DNA from: Rickettsiales bacterium
GTDB lineage: Bacteria > Pseudomonadota > Alphaproteobacteria > Rickettsiales > UBA1997
Direction: 5' to 3'
NCBI GenBank assembly: GCA_049418765.1
Contig: JBMSJJ010000007.1
Coordinates: 9,602-73,601 of the forward strand
DNA length: 64,000 bases
The notes beneath the pieces were generated by a model. That model ran no database searches. It had not been told where the DNA came from and worked only from the letters and a program-made list of their open reading frames with translations. The position numbers and the translations under genes were made by a program. Below are positions 39,768-52,264 of this stretch, one piece after another; within the stretch, counting starts at the first letter, position 1, and every line of letters begins with the position of its first letter.

Positions 39768-42164
39768 TTATGATGATTCTGGAGTTTTTAGCTTTTCGTA
39801 AAAAATTGGTAGCCAATCAATTGGATCTTCGCCAACATCTTTGATAATTTGGTCAATGATGTTAACGGTTTCGGCTTTACCAGACAATACATTTACAACA
39901 TCGCTCATGCCGCTTAAATCAACCTTGGCAACCACTCCATCATTATCTTGCTTTACTAAGAAATATCTAGAGGAAGGGTCGGTGGTGCGAATAATATTAA
40001 ATTCTCTTTCGGATAATCTAAAAACAGTTCTATAAGCGCTTGTGGCCTTTAAATTTGGAAGAAAAATTTGGGTGGCAGTTTGTTGAACTAGCGTATCCGA
40101 AATTTGACTTTTTGTAGCATCTTCGATTGACTGAGTTGCAAATACTACCATGGCATTCAATTTTCTAAGAACTTTGAGCCAATCTTTTATTTTTGGAGCG
40201 AAAACTGGGTTATCAATTAATGCCCATGCCTCGTCTAATACTATCATGGTGTTTTCACCATTAATTGATGATTGGATTCGATGAAATAAATATAATAACA
40301 CCGGTCCCATTGAGTCTTTATCTCCTAAAATATGCGACATTTCTATGCCAAATGTTCTCGCCGAATTGAAATCAATCAAATCTTCTTCATTATCAAATAA
40401 TTTAGCATGAGAGCCATTGGAATGCCATTTAGCCAATCTTCCAGCCAAAGTTCCTGGACCCATCAAGCCCATAAAAGGAGCAATATTTCTTAGAATTCTT
40501 TTTTCATAAGGAATTTTATAATTACCTTCGACGGCTTCGTTGATTCTGTCAATTTCATGGGCTGGAATTGCTTGATTTTCAACGGTAACCAAAACTTTTA
40601 AAAATTCAATTAAGAATTTTCGGTTTTCCATGGTGTCTGCAAGTTTGAAAGGATTAAAGCCAGAAACCTTTGCAGGAGATGGAATCATATATACTCCGCC
40701 AATCGCTCTAACGAAAATTTCAGCACCACGATCCTTATCAAAAAAGAATAATTTTGGTTTGAATTTTTGAGCTTGAGCGCATAAAAAATTGAGCAACACC
40801 GTTTTACCAGCACCAGTTGGACCAACAATCATGGTATGACCAACATCTCGAACATGATAATTAAAAAAATAAGGTGTTCCCGAAACTGTGTTTAGCACAG
40901 TTAAAGCATTGCCCCAATGATTTCTTTTTCTTTTGCCAGTTGGGTAATTATGAAATGATGCGAAGCCAGCAATATTGAGAGTATTCACCGTGGAGCTTCG
41001 AGCCATATAAGTATTATTACAAGGTAATTGCGCCCAATAAGCTGGCTCCATATTAATTCTTTCTCTGGTGCCAGTAATACCATTATTTGAAAGCTCAACA
41101 TTGGCGAAGGAGAGGGCGGTTTCTAGTTGTTTTGGTGTATCGCAAATGCACAAAACTGTCATGTAATGTTTTCCAAAGGCGAATTCACCACTAACTGCGG
41201 AATCTAGGGCTTCATCGATGGCCTGAATTTGTGAGGTAGCGACATCTTCCGATTGCTGAAGCCTTCTTTGTTGCAACTGCATTGAACTGATTGCAATCAT
41301 TCTATCAATATAGGAAAAGCCTTGGCTAATAACTAGCTCAAAAGGAAGTTTCATAAAATTATCAAATATTCCTGCGTGAGTTGAAGGGCGATACTCTTTG
41401 ATGGCAACTAATCCTGCATATTTAGTGCCGTTAGGAGTTTGAACTTCAATAGACTTATTGCCAAAATACATTCTAACCAAAGGCAGGTGATGAGATAAGT
41501 CAGTAAGAGGAAGGAGCATTGGTTGAGAATATCCGCAATTAATTATTCTGGCTAGAAACTCCAACAATTCGGAATAAACTTTTCCATCTTCCTCGACAAT
41601 TTCTAGTAAATCCGCATTGTAATTGTTGAAGCCCGTTAAAATTCTTTCGGTAATTTCTTCTAAATCTTCGTAGCATTCATTCATATAATTTTCCCAAGAT
41701 GATTTGTCAGTTTGGTGCTGGATCTTGGTAATCATATTTTGAATTCCAGAAATTGTATCCTTGGCAATGCCACGAACAATTGTTAGGTAGTGCTCGTTAA
41801 CATAACATTCTGAGTCGGAGTGTTTGGTGCGCCATAATTCATTGAGCTGTTTTGGAAAACCTTCAGGCATATCGCCATCTGGAAAGCCTTTTTCTTTGCG
41901 TCTAATGGTGTGAAAATATAAGGAATAATTTCCAGCTGACATACTTTTTAGTAAATTGTTTCTTATTCCTTTTTTTACATCAATATCAATATCATCAGCG
42001 GTTTCGAAAGAAAATCCCTTAATTTTTACAACACGAACAAACTGTTCATCATGGGTTAAAATTGTGTTGTGATTCCAATGGCATTTATACGGGATAAAAT
42101 GCGCCATTGAAACTTCTCTAGAAGCATATTTATGTTTTTTAGTTTTTGTCGTTGAAAAACGCAT
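39768..42164 (-). CDS. virB4: Type IV secretion ATPase VirB4
   Basis: 798 aa. Walker A VGPTGAGKTV, Walker B MIVLDEAWALI, and FATQS. The N-terminal CagE/TrbE/VirB-type domain is recognisable. Confidence 0.93.
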   Translation of the reverse strand: MRFSTTKTKKHKYASREVSMAHFIPYKCHWNHNTILTHDEQFVRVVKIKGFSFETADDIDIDVKKGIRNNLLKSMSAGNYSLYFHTIRRKEKGFPDGDMPEGFPKQLNELWRTKHSDSECYVNEHYLTIVRGIAKDTISGIQNMITKIQHQTDKSSWENYMNECYEDLEEITERILTGFNNYNADLLEIVEEDGKVYSELLEFLARIINCGYSQPMLLPLTDLSHHLPLVRMYFGNKSIEVQTPNGTKYAGLVAIKEYRPSTHAGIFDNFMKLPFELVISQGFSYIDRMIAISSMQLQQRRLQQSEDVATSQIQAIDEALDSAVSGEFAFGKHYMTVLCICDTPKQLETALSFANVELSNNGITGTRERINMEPAYWAQLPCNNTYMARSSTVNTLNIAGFASFHNYPTGKRKRNHWGNALTVLNTVSGTPYFFNYHVRDVGHTMIVGPTGAGKTVLLNFLCAQAQKFKPKLFFFDKDRGAEIFVRAIGGVYMIPSPAKVSGFNPFKLADTMENRKFLIEFLKVLVTVENQAIPAHEIDRINEAVEGNYKIPYEKRILRNIAPFMGLMGPGTLAGRLAKWHSNGSHAKLFDNEEDLIDFNSARTFGIEMSHILGDKDSMGPVLLYLFHRIQSSINGENTMIVLDEAWALIDNPVFAPKIKDWLKVLRKLNAMVVFATQSIEDATKSQISDTLVQQTATQIFLPNLKATSAYRTVFRLSEREFNIIRTTDPSSRYFLVKQDNDGVVAKVDLSGMSDVVNVLSGKAETVNIIDQIIKDVGEDPIDWLPIFYEKLKTPESS

Positions 42165-42259
42165 CTAAAAATAATTTATTTTAAATAATTTAATAATTAC
42201 CAATGAATTTTAAGTTTTATTAAAGTAATTTTAAAGACAAAAATAAAATTAATTTACAT

Positions 42260-43495
42260 TTATTTTTTGAAAGTTTTTTTCCCTAAAATTACCAATAAAA
42301 TTATTGCTGGTAAAGATAAAATTGCAGAAAAAACGAAGAAATTGCTCCATCCTAATTTATCCGCATAAAAACCTGAAAAAGATGATAAAAAACTTCGTGA
42401 AACTGATGCAATTGAAGAAAATAATGCATATTGGGTTGAGGTAAATTTTAGATTGCAAATTCCGCTCAAATAGCCAACGAAAATAGCATCGCCAATGCCA
42501 CCGCTGATATTTTCTATAAAGACAACTAAATATAAAGCTAAAATATTTTTTTCATTAATTGCTAAATAAACAAAACATAAATTTGACAAGGCTTGAAAAA
42601 TTGTTGCCAACCAAAGTGCTTTAAACATACCAATTTTTTTAGCGATAATTCCACCGCAATAAACTCCAAATAAAGTGGCAAAAAGTCCGAAAGTTTTTAA
42701 TACAGTTGCCAGTTCAATTTTGGTATATCCGATTTGTAATAAAAACGGCATTGTTAAATTGCCAGCAAAGGCATCGGCCAATTTAAAACAAACGATAAAA
42801 ATTAAAATATATTGCCAATTTTTTTCTTCTGAAAAATTTTTTAAAGGTCGAATAATAAATTTCAAAAACCAAATCCTAAAATGATATTTTCTACTATGCC
42901 AATTTGGCCTACTTTCATTGGCAAATAATACTGCAAAAATGCAAAGAAACATAAATCCCGACATCGATAAATAAACCAAAATCCATGGAATATAAGCTGA
43001 TAGCGCTAACGCCAAAGAACCTGATATCAACATTCCAATTCGATAGCCATAAATATAATATCCTGAAGCCAAAGCTTGCTCTTCTTTTTTGATTAATTCA
43101 ATGCGATAACCATCAATTACAATATCTTGAGTGGCTGAAATAGATGCCACCAAAAACGCAAAAAAAGTTATTAGGCTTAAGGAGGAAATTTCTCCAGCAA
43201 ATCCCAAAAGTGAAATAAAAATTATCAACAAAATTTGCGTTAAAATAATCCACGATCTTCTATTGCCAATTTTTTTAGTAAGGAAAGGAATTCCAAGGGA
43301 ATCAACAATTGGCGCTACAAATATTTTGAGCGAATATGGCAAGCTAACCAACGATAAAAAGCCAATAATCTTGATATCGAAACCCTTATCCACCAACAAA
43401 GCCTTCAAAGTTGATAGAATTAGAGTAATCGGTATTCCAGAGCTTATTCCAAGTAAAAAAATTACAAATAGATTTTTTTTAGAATTTAATTTCAT
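42260..43495 (-). CDS. ampG: AmpG-family muropeptide MFS permease
   Basis: LLGISSGIPITLILSTLKALL, 12-14 predicted helices, 411 aa. Confidence 0.8.
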   Translation of the reverse strand: MKLNSKKNLFVIFLLGISSGIPITLILSTLKALLVDKGFDIKIIGFLSLVSLPYSLKIFVAPIVDSLGIPFLTKKIGNRRSWIILTQILLIIFISLLGFAGEISSLSLITFFAFLVASISATQDIVIDGYRIELIKKEEQALASGYYIYGYRIGMLISGSLALALSAYIPWILVYLSMSGFMFLCIFAVLFANESRPNWHSRKYHFRIWFLKFIIRPLKNFSEEKNWQYILIFIVCFKLADAFAGNLTMPFLLQIGYTKIELATVLKTFGLFATLFGVYCGGIIAKKIGMFKALWLATIFQALSNLCFVYLAINEKNILALYLVVFIENISGGIGDAIFVGYLSGICNLKFTSTQYALFSSIASVSRSFLSSFSGFYADKLGWSNFFVFSAILSLPAIILLVILGKKTFKK

Positions 43496-43603
43496 TAAAA
43501 TAATTAAAATGTTGTTTTTAATTTATATAATTTTAGATTAATACTTAAGCAACATCAATTGCAAGTTTTTTATCGTCAAGTTTTAATTATTAATACATAT
43601 TTT

Positions 43604-44158
43604 ATGTTTGATCACAATGATTCATCAAAAATTTATGGAACTACTATTTTATCAGTTAGAAAAGGCTCGAGCGTTGCCATTGCGGGCGATGGTCAGGTTT
43701 CCTTAGGTTCGACTGTGTTAAAATCAAATGCCAAAAAAATTCGTAGACTTGGCGATGGTTCAATCATCGGAGGCTTTGCTGGAGCTACCGCAGATGCTTT
43801 TACTTTATTTGAAAGATTGGAATCAAAACTGGAGCAATATCCAAATCAATTAATGAGAGCATGTGTTGAGCTAGCAAAAGATTGGCGAACCGATAAATAT
43901 TTAAGAAGACTTGAAGCGATGATGATTGTAATTGACGCCAATATATCATTGGTTCTAACTGGAAATGGCGATGTACTGGAGCCGGAAGATGGAATTATCG
44001 GAATTGGTTCTGGTGGAAATTATGCCCTATCGGCAGCGAGAGCCTTAAGTGAATTTGATTTAAGCCCAGAGGAAATTTGCAAAAAATCAATGTTAATTGC
44101 ATCGAAACTTTGCGTTTATACAAATGATAATATTATTATTGAAACTTTAAATAAATAA
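43604..44158 (+). CDS. hslV: ATP-dependent protease subunit HslV
   Basis: Start at MFDHND... gives the catalytic N-terminal TTILSVRKG. Also GDGQVSLG and [14 protein letters not shown]. Confidence 0.92.
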   Translation: MFDHNDSSKIYGTTILSVRKGSSVAIAGDGQVSLGSTVLKSNAKKIRRLGDGSIIGGFAGATADAFTLFERLESKLEQYPNQLMRACVELAKDWRTDKYLRRLEAMMIVIDANISLVLTGNGDVLEPEDGIIGIGSGGNYALSAARALSEFDLSPEEICKKSMLIASKLCVYTNDNIIIETLNK

Positions 44159-45501
44159 TGCTTAATTTTAAAAAATTTTTTGTCAAATTAATCGCAATTT
44201 TTTTAATTTGTCAACCCGCCTTTTCATCTACTTCAATCGACATCAAGGATTTTGAAAATAGTAAAACAAAAATCTTATTTGTTGGTTTTGAATCTGATAA
44301 TTTTATAGTGAATAACGAGGCCAAGCAAATATTAAATAAAATTTTATTTAACCTCAAAAGCACTGATTTAACTGATAGTTTGGTGCAAAATCGAATTAAT
44401 AATGATCAATCGGATATTAATATTGTTAATGATACCGACATTAATTTTATTCCAGATTTCAACAAATATTATAAATCTGGTATTGGCGCATTAGTTTTGG
44501 CGCAATTTAATCAAGATGTAATTGGCAATCTAGAAATTAGAATTCGGATGTGGGATATTCTGGACAGAAAACAAACTTTCGGTAAATTCTATTCTTCTTC
44601 AAGAGACAATCACAATAAAACTGCCAACATAATTTCCGATGAAATTTTTAAATCAATTTCTGGAGAGCAAATTGGGCATTTTAATTCGCAAATTGTTTAT
44701 GTTTCCGAAAGCGGATCCTTTAGAAATCGGGTAAGAAAAATTTCAACAATTGATTTTGACGGTCAAAATTATCAAAATCACACCGAGGGCGACGAGCTGG
44801 TTCTCACCCCATCTTTTTCTAAATCGATTAATGAGATTTTTTATCTTCGATATTTTAACAATAAGCCACAAATTTTTTCTTTAAATTCCAAAACTGGTCG
44901 AATTAAAAAAATTGGCGGTTTTAAAGTGCCAACCTTAGCTCCAGATATTCATCCTAAAAATTCAAACCGAATTTTGTTAACCGCCATTGAAGATGGCAAT
45001 AGCGATATTCATGAATTAGATTTGGGCAGAAATTTTGCACGAAAATTAACCAAGACTCCAGCAATAGATACTACCGCTTCCTATTCACCAGACGGCAATT
45101 CTATGGCTTTTATTTCTGATCGCGACGGCGCCCAAGATATTTTTATTATGAATCTTGATAATTTGGATTTGAGAAAAATTACCAATTCAAATGGCACTTA
45201 TTCCAAACCAATTTTTTCGCCAGATGGCAGATCTTTAGCATTTTCTAAACAAAAAAATAACAAATTTTTTATAGGTATTTTGGATTTAGAGAGTAAGAAA
45301 GAAAAATTATTAACAAGTGCTTATTTGGCAGAAGGCGCGCGCTGGTCGCCAAGTGGCAGATATTTAATTTACTCAAAAAAGAAAGAGGTTTTTGGCAAGG
45401 ATTCAATTCCAAAAATTTATATTATCGATATTGTAACGGGTCATGAATATAAAATTCCAACCCCTGAAACAGAAGGAGCCACCGACCCAGACTGGAAATA
45501 A
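44158..45501 (+). CDS. tolB: Tol-Pal system beta-propeller protein TolB
   Basis: Signal peptide, TolB N-domain, and repeated propeller blades: YSPDGNSMAFISDRDG, FSPDGRSLAFS, WSPSGRYLIYS. Confidence 0.85.
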   Translation: MLNFKKFFVKLIAIFLICQPAFSSTSIDIKDFENSKTKILFVGFESDNFIVNNEAKQILNKILFNLKSTDLTDSLVQNRINNDQSDINIVNDTDINFIPDFNKYYKSGIGALVLAQFNQDVIGNLEIRIRMWDILDRKQTFGKFYSSSRDNHNKTANIISDEIFKSISGEQIGHFNSQIVYVSESGSFRNRVRKISTIDFDGQNYQNHTEGDELVLTPSFSKSINEIFYLRYFNNKPQIFSLNSKTGRIKKIGGFKVPTLAPDIHPKNSNRILLTAIEDGNSDIHELDLGRNFARKLTKTPAIDTTASYSPDGNSMAFISDRDGAQDIFIMNLDNLDLRKITNSNGTYSKPIFSPDGRSLAFSKQKNNKFFIGILDLESKKEKLLTSAYLAEGARWSPSGRYLIYSKKKEVFGKDSIPKIYIIDIVTGHEYKIPTPETEGATDPDWK

Positions 45502-45503
45502 TT

Positions 45504-46601
45504 ATGATTTATAAATATTTTTTAAAAAGATTTTTTTTAATTTTCCCAACATTATTTTTTATAATTTTTTTAAATTTTATAGTGATACAGATTGCTCCAG
45601 GTGGACCTGTCGAAAAATTTTTATCACAAATTAATCATCAAAAAATTACCTCTGAAGTATCGGATAATTCTATTAACAACACAAAATTTCAAGATCAAAG
45701 CTCAAGCATGACATCTTCGAAATATCTGGGTTCAAATGGGGTTGACCCTGATTTAATTAAAATTATTGAAAAAAATTACGGTTTCGATTTGCCTCTTCAT
45801 GAAAGATTTTTGGTGATGATGAAAAAATTCATTTTATTTGATTTTGGCGAAAGTTTTTATCAAGATAAAAAAATCACCGATTTAATTCTAGAAAAAATGC
45901 CTGTATCAATCTCCCTAGGGCTTTGGAGCGTTGTAATTACTTATTTGGTGTCGATTCCTTTGGGTATAAAAAAGGCTTTAAATAATGGCAGTAAATTTGA
46001 TTTAATTACAAGTTCGGTGGTGGTTTTTTTACACTCAATTCCAGCATTTTTATTAGCAATTTTATTAATTATTTTATTTTGCGGTGGTAATTTTTTAAAT
46101 ATTTTTCCACTGCGAGGAATTGTATCGGCAAATTTTGCAGAATTAAATATTTGGCAAAAAATACTTGATTATTTTTGGCATTTATTCTTACCAATTTTAT
46201 CGATGGTGATTGGTGGCTTTGCCTCGCTAACTTTTTTTTGCAAAAACTCTTTTTTAGAAGAAATTAATAAAAATTATGTTTTATGCGCTAAGGCAAAGGG
46301 TTTGAGCTTGAATAGAATTTTGTATTTTCATATATTTCGAAATGCATTAATGATTGTTATCGCCAGCTTACCAAATATGTTGGTGGGTATATTTTTTACT
46401 AGCTCACTTTTAATTGAAGTAATTTTTTCACTTGATGGGCTTGGACTTTTGAGTTATGAGGCTATTATCTCCAGAGATTATCCGCTGATTTTTTCATCAT
46501 TATATTTCTTCACTATTTTGGGTTTGATTATGAATATTGTGAATGATTTAATATATCGCATAATCGACCCAAGAATTCATTTTGAACAATCAACAAGATA
46601 A
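45504..46601 (+). CDS. yejB: ABC transporter permease, YejB/OppB-like
   Basis: The N-terminus FLKRFFLIFPTLFFIIFLNFIVIQIAPGGPVE, the ~365-aa length and a long first periplasmic loop are typical of YejB. Confidence 0.7.
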   Translation: MIYKYFLKRFFLIFPTLFFIIFLNFIVIQIAPGGPVEKFLSQINHQKITSEVSDNSINNTKFQDQSSSMTSSKYLGSNGVDPDLIKIIEKNYGFDLPLHERFLVMMKKFILFDFGESFYQDKKITDLILEKMPVSISLGLWSVVITYLVSIPLGIKKALNNGSKFDLITSSVVVFLHSIPAFLLAILLIILFCGGNFLNIFPLRGIVSANFAELNIWQKILDYFWHLFLPILSMVIGGFASLTFFCKNSFLEEINKNYVLCAKAKGLSLNRILYFHIFRNALMIVIASLPNMLVGIFFTSSLLIEVIFSLDGLGLLSYEAIISRDYPLIFSSLYFFTILGLIMNIVNDLIYRIIDPRIHFEQSTR

Positions 46602-47288
46602 AAGTTGCTCTTGTAAAATCTGATTAAAAAGCGAGGAGTTGCTGATGTGGGGGGCATGACCGCAATTATCGAAATATTTTACTGAAAATTTTTTGATTCT
46701 TTGTTCGAAATATTTTACTTGCAATTGATGGACAATCATATCGCCCTTTCCCATTAAATAGACTGTTGGAGGGATTTTAGAAAAATCCAAATCAAAACAA
46801 GAAAATTCCTTCAACTCTTTTAGCCAAATGATTAATTGTTGAGAATTATTGTTATCTATTAACAAATTATCAAGAATTTCACTTTTGTTTTTATCGTTCA
46901 TAATTGATAAAATGGCAAATTTTTTCATGGTTTCGTCGACCGAATTTTCTAGGTTCTTTAAAAATTCTTCATAAAGTTTTTCAGTCATTCCCGCCTCAAT
47001 TTTTTGGTTTTTTACTAATTGAAAAGGTGGCGCAATTAATATTAGTTTTTTTGGTTTTAAAATATTGTCAGCGCATAGCCTAAGGGCAATTTGACCCCCC
47101 AAGCTCCAGCCGATTATTAATTCTGGATTTGAATTGAAATTGATTTTAGCGGTGAAATCTTTATAGCCACGATAAATTGAGTAATCTATCGATGTGATTT
47201 GGTAATTTAAGGATTTTGGTAAGGAAATAAATGACTCAATTGAGTCAAATTTTTGCCCCCAACCAGAGAGGCAAAAAATTGAATACAT
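46590..47288 (-). CDS. Alpha/beta hydrolase, BioH-like carboxylesterase
   Basis: LSGWG, nucleophile elbow GWSLGG, late GDMIV (Asp) and CGHAPHIS (His). The layout resembles BioH. Confidence 0.5.
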   Translation of the reverse strand: MYSIFCLSGWGQKFDSIESFISLPKSLNYQITSIDYSIYRGYKDFTAKINFNSNPELIIGWSLGGQIALRLCADNILKPKKLILIAPPFQLVKNQKIEAGMTEKLYEEFLKNLENSVDETMKKFAILSIMNDKNKSEILDNLLIDNNNSQQLIIWLKELKEFSCFDLDFSKIPPTVYLMGKGDMIVHQLQVKYFEQRIKKFSVKYFDNCGHAPHISNSSLFNQILQEQLLSC

Positions 47289-47305
47289 ATTAATAAATTA
47301 AGTTA

Positions 47306-47548
47306 TTAATAAACGAAATCTTTGAATTTTTTGATTCTTTCGTTATTAACATTATAGAATGTTTGGCTAGAATTTTCTTGCCATGCTGGATGGTTGTTTG
47401 GGTCAACATCGAGAGTTAAAACATCACCCTCTTTGCCATAGGTGGTTTTTACTTTATATTTGGTTCCGTTGGTTGCCACGACAGTAATTTCGTGTAATTT
47501 AGGATTAATGCCCTCAAGTGGAGCTTTTTGCGATTTTGCGACTGACAT
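47306..47548 (-). CDS. rpmE: 50S ribosomal protein L31 (Cys-less alphaproteobacterial type)
   Basis: INPKLHEITVV...GDVLTLDVDPNNHPAW...RIKKFKDF follows the L31 pattern, including HPAW. Confidence 0.8.
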   Translation of the reverse strand: MSVAKSQKAPLEGINPKLHEITVVATNGTKYKVKTTYGKEGDVLTLDVDPNNHPAWQENSSQTFYNVNNERIKKFKDFVY

Positions 47549-47609
47549 AATTATTTTATTTAGGTTATTTATGCTTTAATTTTAATCGTTAATTTTAGTG
47601 TTGTCAATG

Positions 47610-48086
47610 CTATATTTTATATTCGATTTTTAGTATTTCGTAATTAACAACTCCGCCGGGTGTGGTAATTTCTATTTCATCGCCAACTTCTTTACCAATT
47701 AATGCTCTGGCAACTGGCGAAGAATAAGAAATTAAACCATCATCAATATTTGCTTCAAATTCGCTAACTATTTGATATTTGGTAATTTTTTGATTATCAA
47801 TATTTTCAATAGTTATGGTGGCACCAAATTTGATTTTATCATCACTAATTTTTTCAATATCAATAACTTCGGAGCGCAAAAACTTATCTTCGAAATCGGC
47901 GATTTGGGCTTCAATGAAACCTTGTCTTTCCTTGGCTGAATGATATTCGGCATTTTCCCTTAAATCTCCTAACTCTCGAGCAGTAGCGATTTGCTTGATG
48001 ATATTAGGGCGATCTTCATTTTTTAATTTTTCTAGGGTTTTTTTTAGTCGATCGTAACCATTTTTGGTAATTAAGAATTTTTCCAT
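47610..48086 (-). CDS. greA: Transcription elongation factor GreA
   Basis: ARELGDLRENAEYHSAKERQ and the C-terminal SYSSPVARALIGKEVGDE. Confidence 0.93.
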   Translation of the reverse strand: MEKFLITKNGYDRLKKTLEKLKNEDRPNIIKQIATARELGDLRENAEYHSAKERQGFIEAQIADFEDKFLRSEVIDIEKISDDKIKFGATITIENIDNQKITKYQIVSEFEANIDDGLISYSSPVARALIGKEVGDEIEITTPGGVVNYEILKIEYKI

Positions 48087-48105
48087 AATCTACCTATTTA
48101 AAATT

Positions 48106-50162
<2,057 letters not shown>

Positions 50163-50240
50163 AGATTATTTTTTTGAATTTAAAATTAAGGTGTTTATAT
50201 TTTTAAACTTAATTTTTTAATAATTAAGTAAATAATTTAT

Positions 50241-50783
50241 TTATTTTGCTTGTTGTTCAAGATATAAAATTACGTCTGCTCGATCTTGAGGTTTTTTTAA
50301 GCCACCAAAAGCCATTTTAGTTCCAGAAATATAATTTTTAGGTTTAGTAATAAATTCATTAATAGCATCTCTATCCCAAATTCCTCCTTTTGCTTTAAGG
50401 GCATCGGAGTAATTGAATCCTGGGTAAATTCCTTTGGCTCTACCAACAACGCCATAAAGCGCTGGACCAACTTTTGATCCTTCGTTCTTTCCAACATTAT
50501 GACATGATGCACATTTTTTGAAAATTTTTTGACCACGATTGGCATCAGCCAAGCTCATAAGTTGAGCTAAATCGACGGGCTTTTCTTCAGCCTTGGCTAC
50601 TGGCTTGCCATCGGCGCTTAACTCAATTTCATATCCTCTTTTAATAATTTTTTTTGGTTGATATAAAACATCGGAAACAATTGATGCAAAAATCACAACC
50701 ACCACCGCAAAGGATAGGTAAGTTAGGCTGTCCAAAGCATTTTTTTTGTTTTTATTAAGAAAATTTTTAAGATGATTTTTCAT
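50241..50783 (-). CDS. cycM: Membrane-anchored class I cytochrome c
   Basis: N-terminal anchor, CASCHNV heme site, a distal Met in GTKMAF, and YLEQ at the C-terminus. Confidence 0.8.
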   Translation of the reverse strand: MKNHLKNFLNKNKKNALDSLTYLSFAVVVVIFASIVSDVLYQPKKIIKRGYEIELSADGKPVAKAEEKPVDLAQLMSLADANRGQKIFKKCASCHNVGKNEGSKVGPALYGVVGRAKGIYPGFNYSDALKAKGGIWDRDAINEFITKPKNYISGTKMAFGGLKKPQDRADVILYLEQQAK

Positions 50784-50789
50784 AAATTT

Positions 50790-51722
50790 TTAAGCAAATA
50801 AAGTAGAAACGGATTTTTCGTCAGCAATATTTTTTATCGCTTCTCCAAGCAAGGAAGAAATATCAATAATTCTAATATTTTTAGTAGATAAAACCTCCTC
50901 AGTTGGTTGAATTGAGTTGGTAATAACTAAATTTTTGAATTTAGAATTAGAAATTCTTTGATAGGCTTTGTTAGATAAAACGCCATGAGTCACATAAGCA
51001 CTTACTGAGTTGGCGCCTTTTTGTATTAGGGCCTCGCCAGCATTACATAAAGTTCCGCCCGAATCAACCATATCATCAACTATAATGCAATTTCGTCCTT
51101 CAACATCACCAATAATATTCATGACTTCGCTAACACCGGCAACGGGTCTTCTCTTATCAACTATGGCAAGCTCGGCATTAATTTTGCTGGCAATACCACG
51201 AGCACGAACTAAACCGCCAACATCCGGAGAAACAATCACTAAGTTATTAGTAGGAAAATTTTCGGTAATATCGCGAATAAAAACTGGTGAGGCATAAAGA
51301 TTATCCAGAGGAATATCAAAAAATCCTTGAATTTGTCCAGCATGTAAATCTAATGTCAAAACCCTATCAGCTCCTGCTGAAGTAATTAAATTGGCTACTA
51401 ATTTGGCAGAAATTGGTGTTCTTGGCGCAACTTTGCGATCTTGCCTAGCATAGCCAAAATAAGGTATAACCGCAGTAATTCTTTTTGCTGAAGCTCTGCG
51501 TAAAGCATCAATCGCAATCAATAATTCCATTAGGTGATCATTGGCAGGATAAGATGTTGATTGAATAACAAAAATATCTTCGCCACGAACATTTTCTTGA
51601 ACCTCTACAAATATTTCATTGTCAGCAAATCTCTTAACATCAGCTTTAAGTAGCTTAATTCCTATGTGGTCACCGATTTTATTGGCTAAAATTTTATTGC
51701 TATTGCAGGTTAATAATTTCAT
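50790..51722 (-). CDS. prs: Ribose-phosphate pyrophosphokinase
   Basis: [19 protein letters not shown] and the PRPP loop [12 protein letters not shown]. Confidence 0.95.
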   Translation of the reverse strand: MKLLTCNSNKILANKIGDHIGIKLLKADVKRFADNEIFVEVQENVRGEDIFVIQSTSYPANDHLMELLIAIDALRRASAKRITAVIPYFGYARQDRKVAPRTPISAKLVANLITSAGADRVLTLDLHAGQIQGFFDIPLDNLYASPVFIRDITENFPTNNLVIVSPDVGGLVRARGIASKINAELAIVDKRRPVAGVSEVMNIIGDVEGRNCIIVDDMVDSGGTLCNAGEALIQKGANSVSAYVTHGVLSNKAYQRISNSKFKNLVITNSIQPTEEVLSTKNIRIIDISSLLGEAIKNIADEKSVSTLFA

Positions 51723-51800
51723 ATTTAAAATGTTAATTATGATATAAATTTTTTATAAAAATTATATAATTCAAACAAAAATTAATCAAGAATTTAATTT

Positions 51801-52247
51801 ATGCAAGACATAGCTCTTTACGACATCATTAAAATTTTACACATTATTTCAGTAATTTCATGGATGGCAGGATTATTATATTTGCCCCGAATATTTGTTT
51901 ATCATTGTTCGGTCTCTGCTAATTCACCGACCGACTTAATTTTTCAAGAAATGGAAAGAAAATTATTGCGCTACATTATGAATCCAGCCATGATAGCCAC
52001 ATTTGCTTTTGGCTTTTATTTGGCATTTCAAATTGGCTTTGATGATATGTATTGGTTGCATATTAAAATCACTTTAGTCTTTATTTTGGCTGGTTTTCAT
52101 GGTTTTTTATCGAAATGTCGTAAAAATTTTATGAAGGGAAAAAATCATTATTCAGCAAAATTTTTTAGAATTATCAATGAAATTCCAACCGTAATCATGA
52201 TTATCGTAGTTAGTCTGGTGATTTTAAAACCATATTTTTTTTTATAA
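51801..52247 (+). CDS. hemJ: HemJ-type protoporphyrinogen IX oxidase
   Basis: KILHIISVISWMAGLLYLPRIFVYH, four helices, ~148 aa. Confidence 0.8.
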   Translation: MQDIALYDIIKILHIISVISWMAGLLYLPRIFVYHCSVSANSPTDLIFQEMERKLLRYIMNPAMIATFAFGFYLAFQIGFDDMYWLHIKITLVFILAGFHGFLSKCRKNFMKGKNHYSAKFFRIINEIPTVIMIIVVSLVILKPYFFL

Positions 52248-52264
52248 ATTCAAGCGATAAATTT

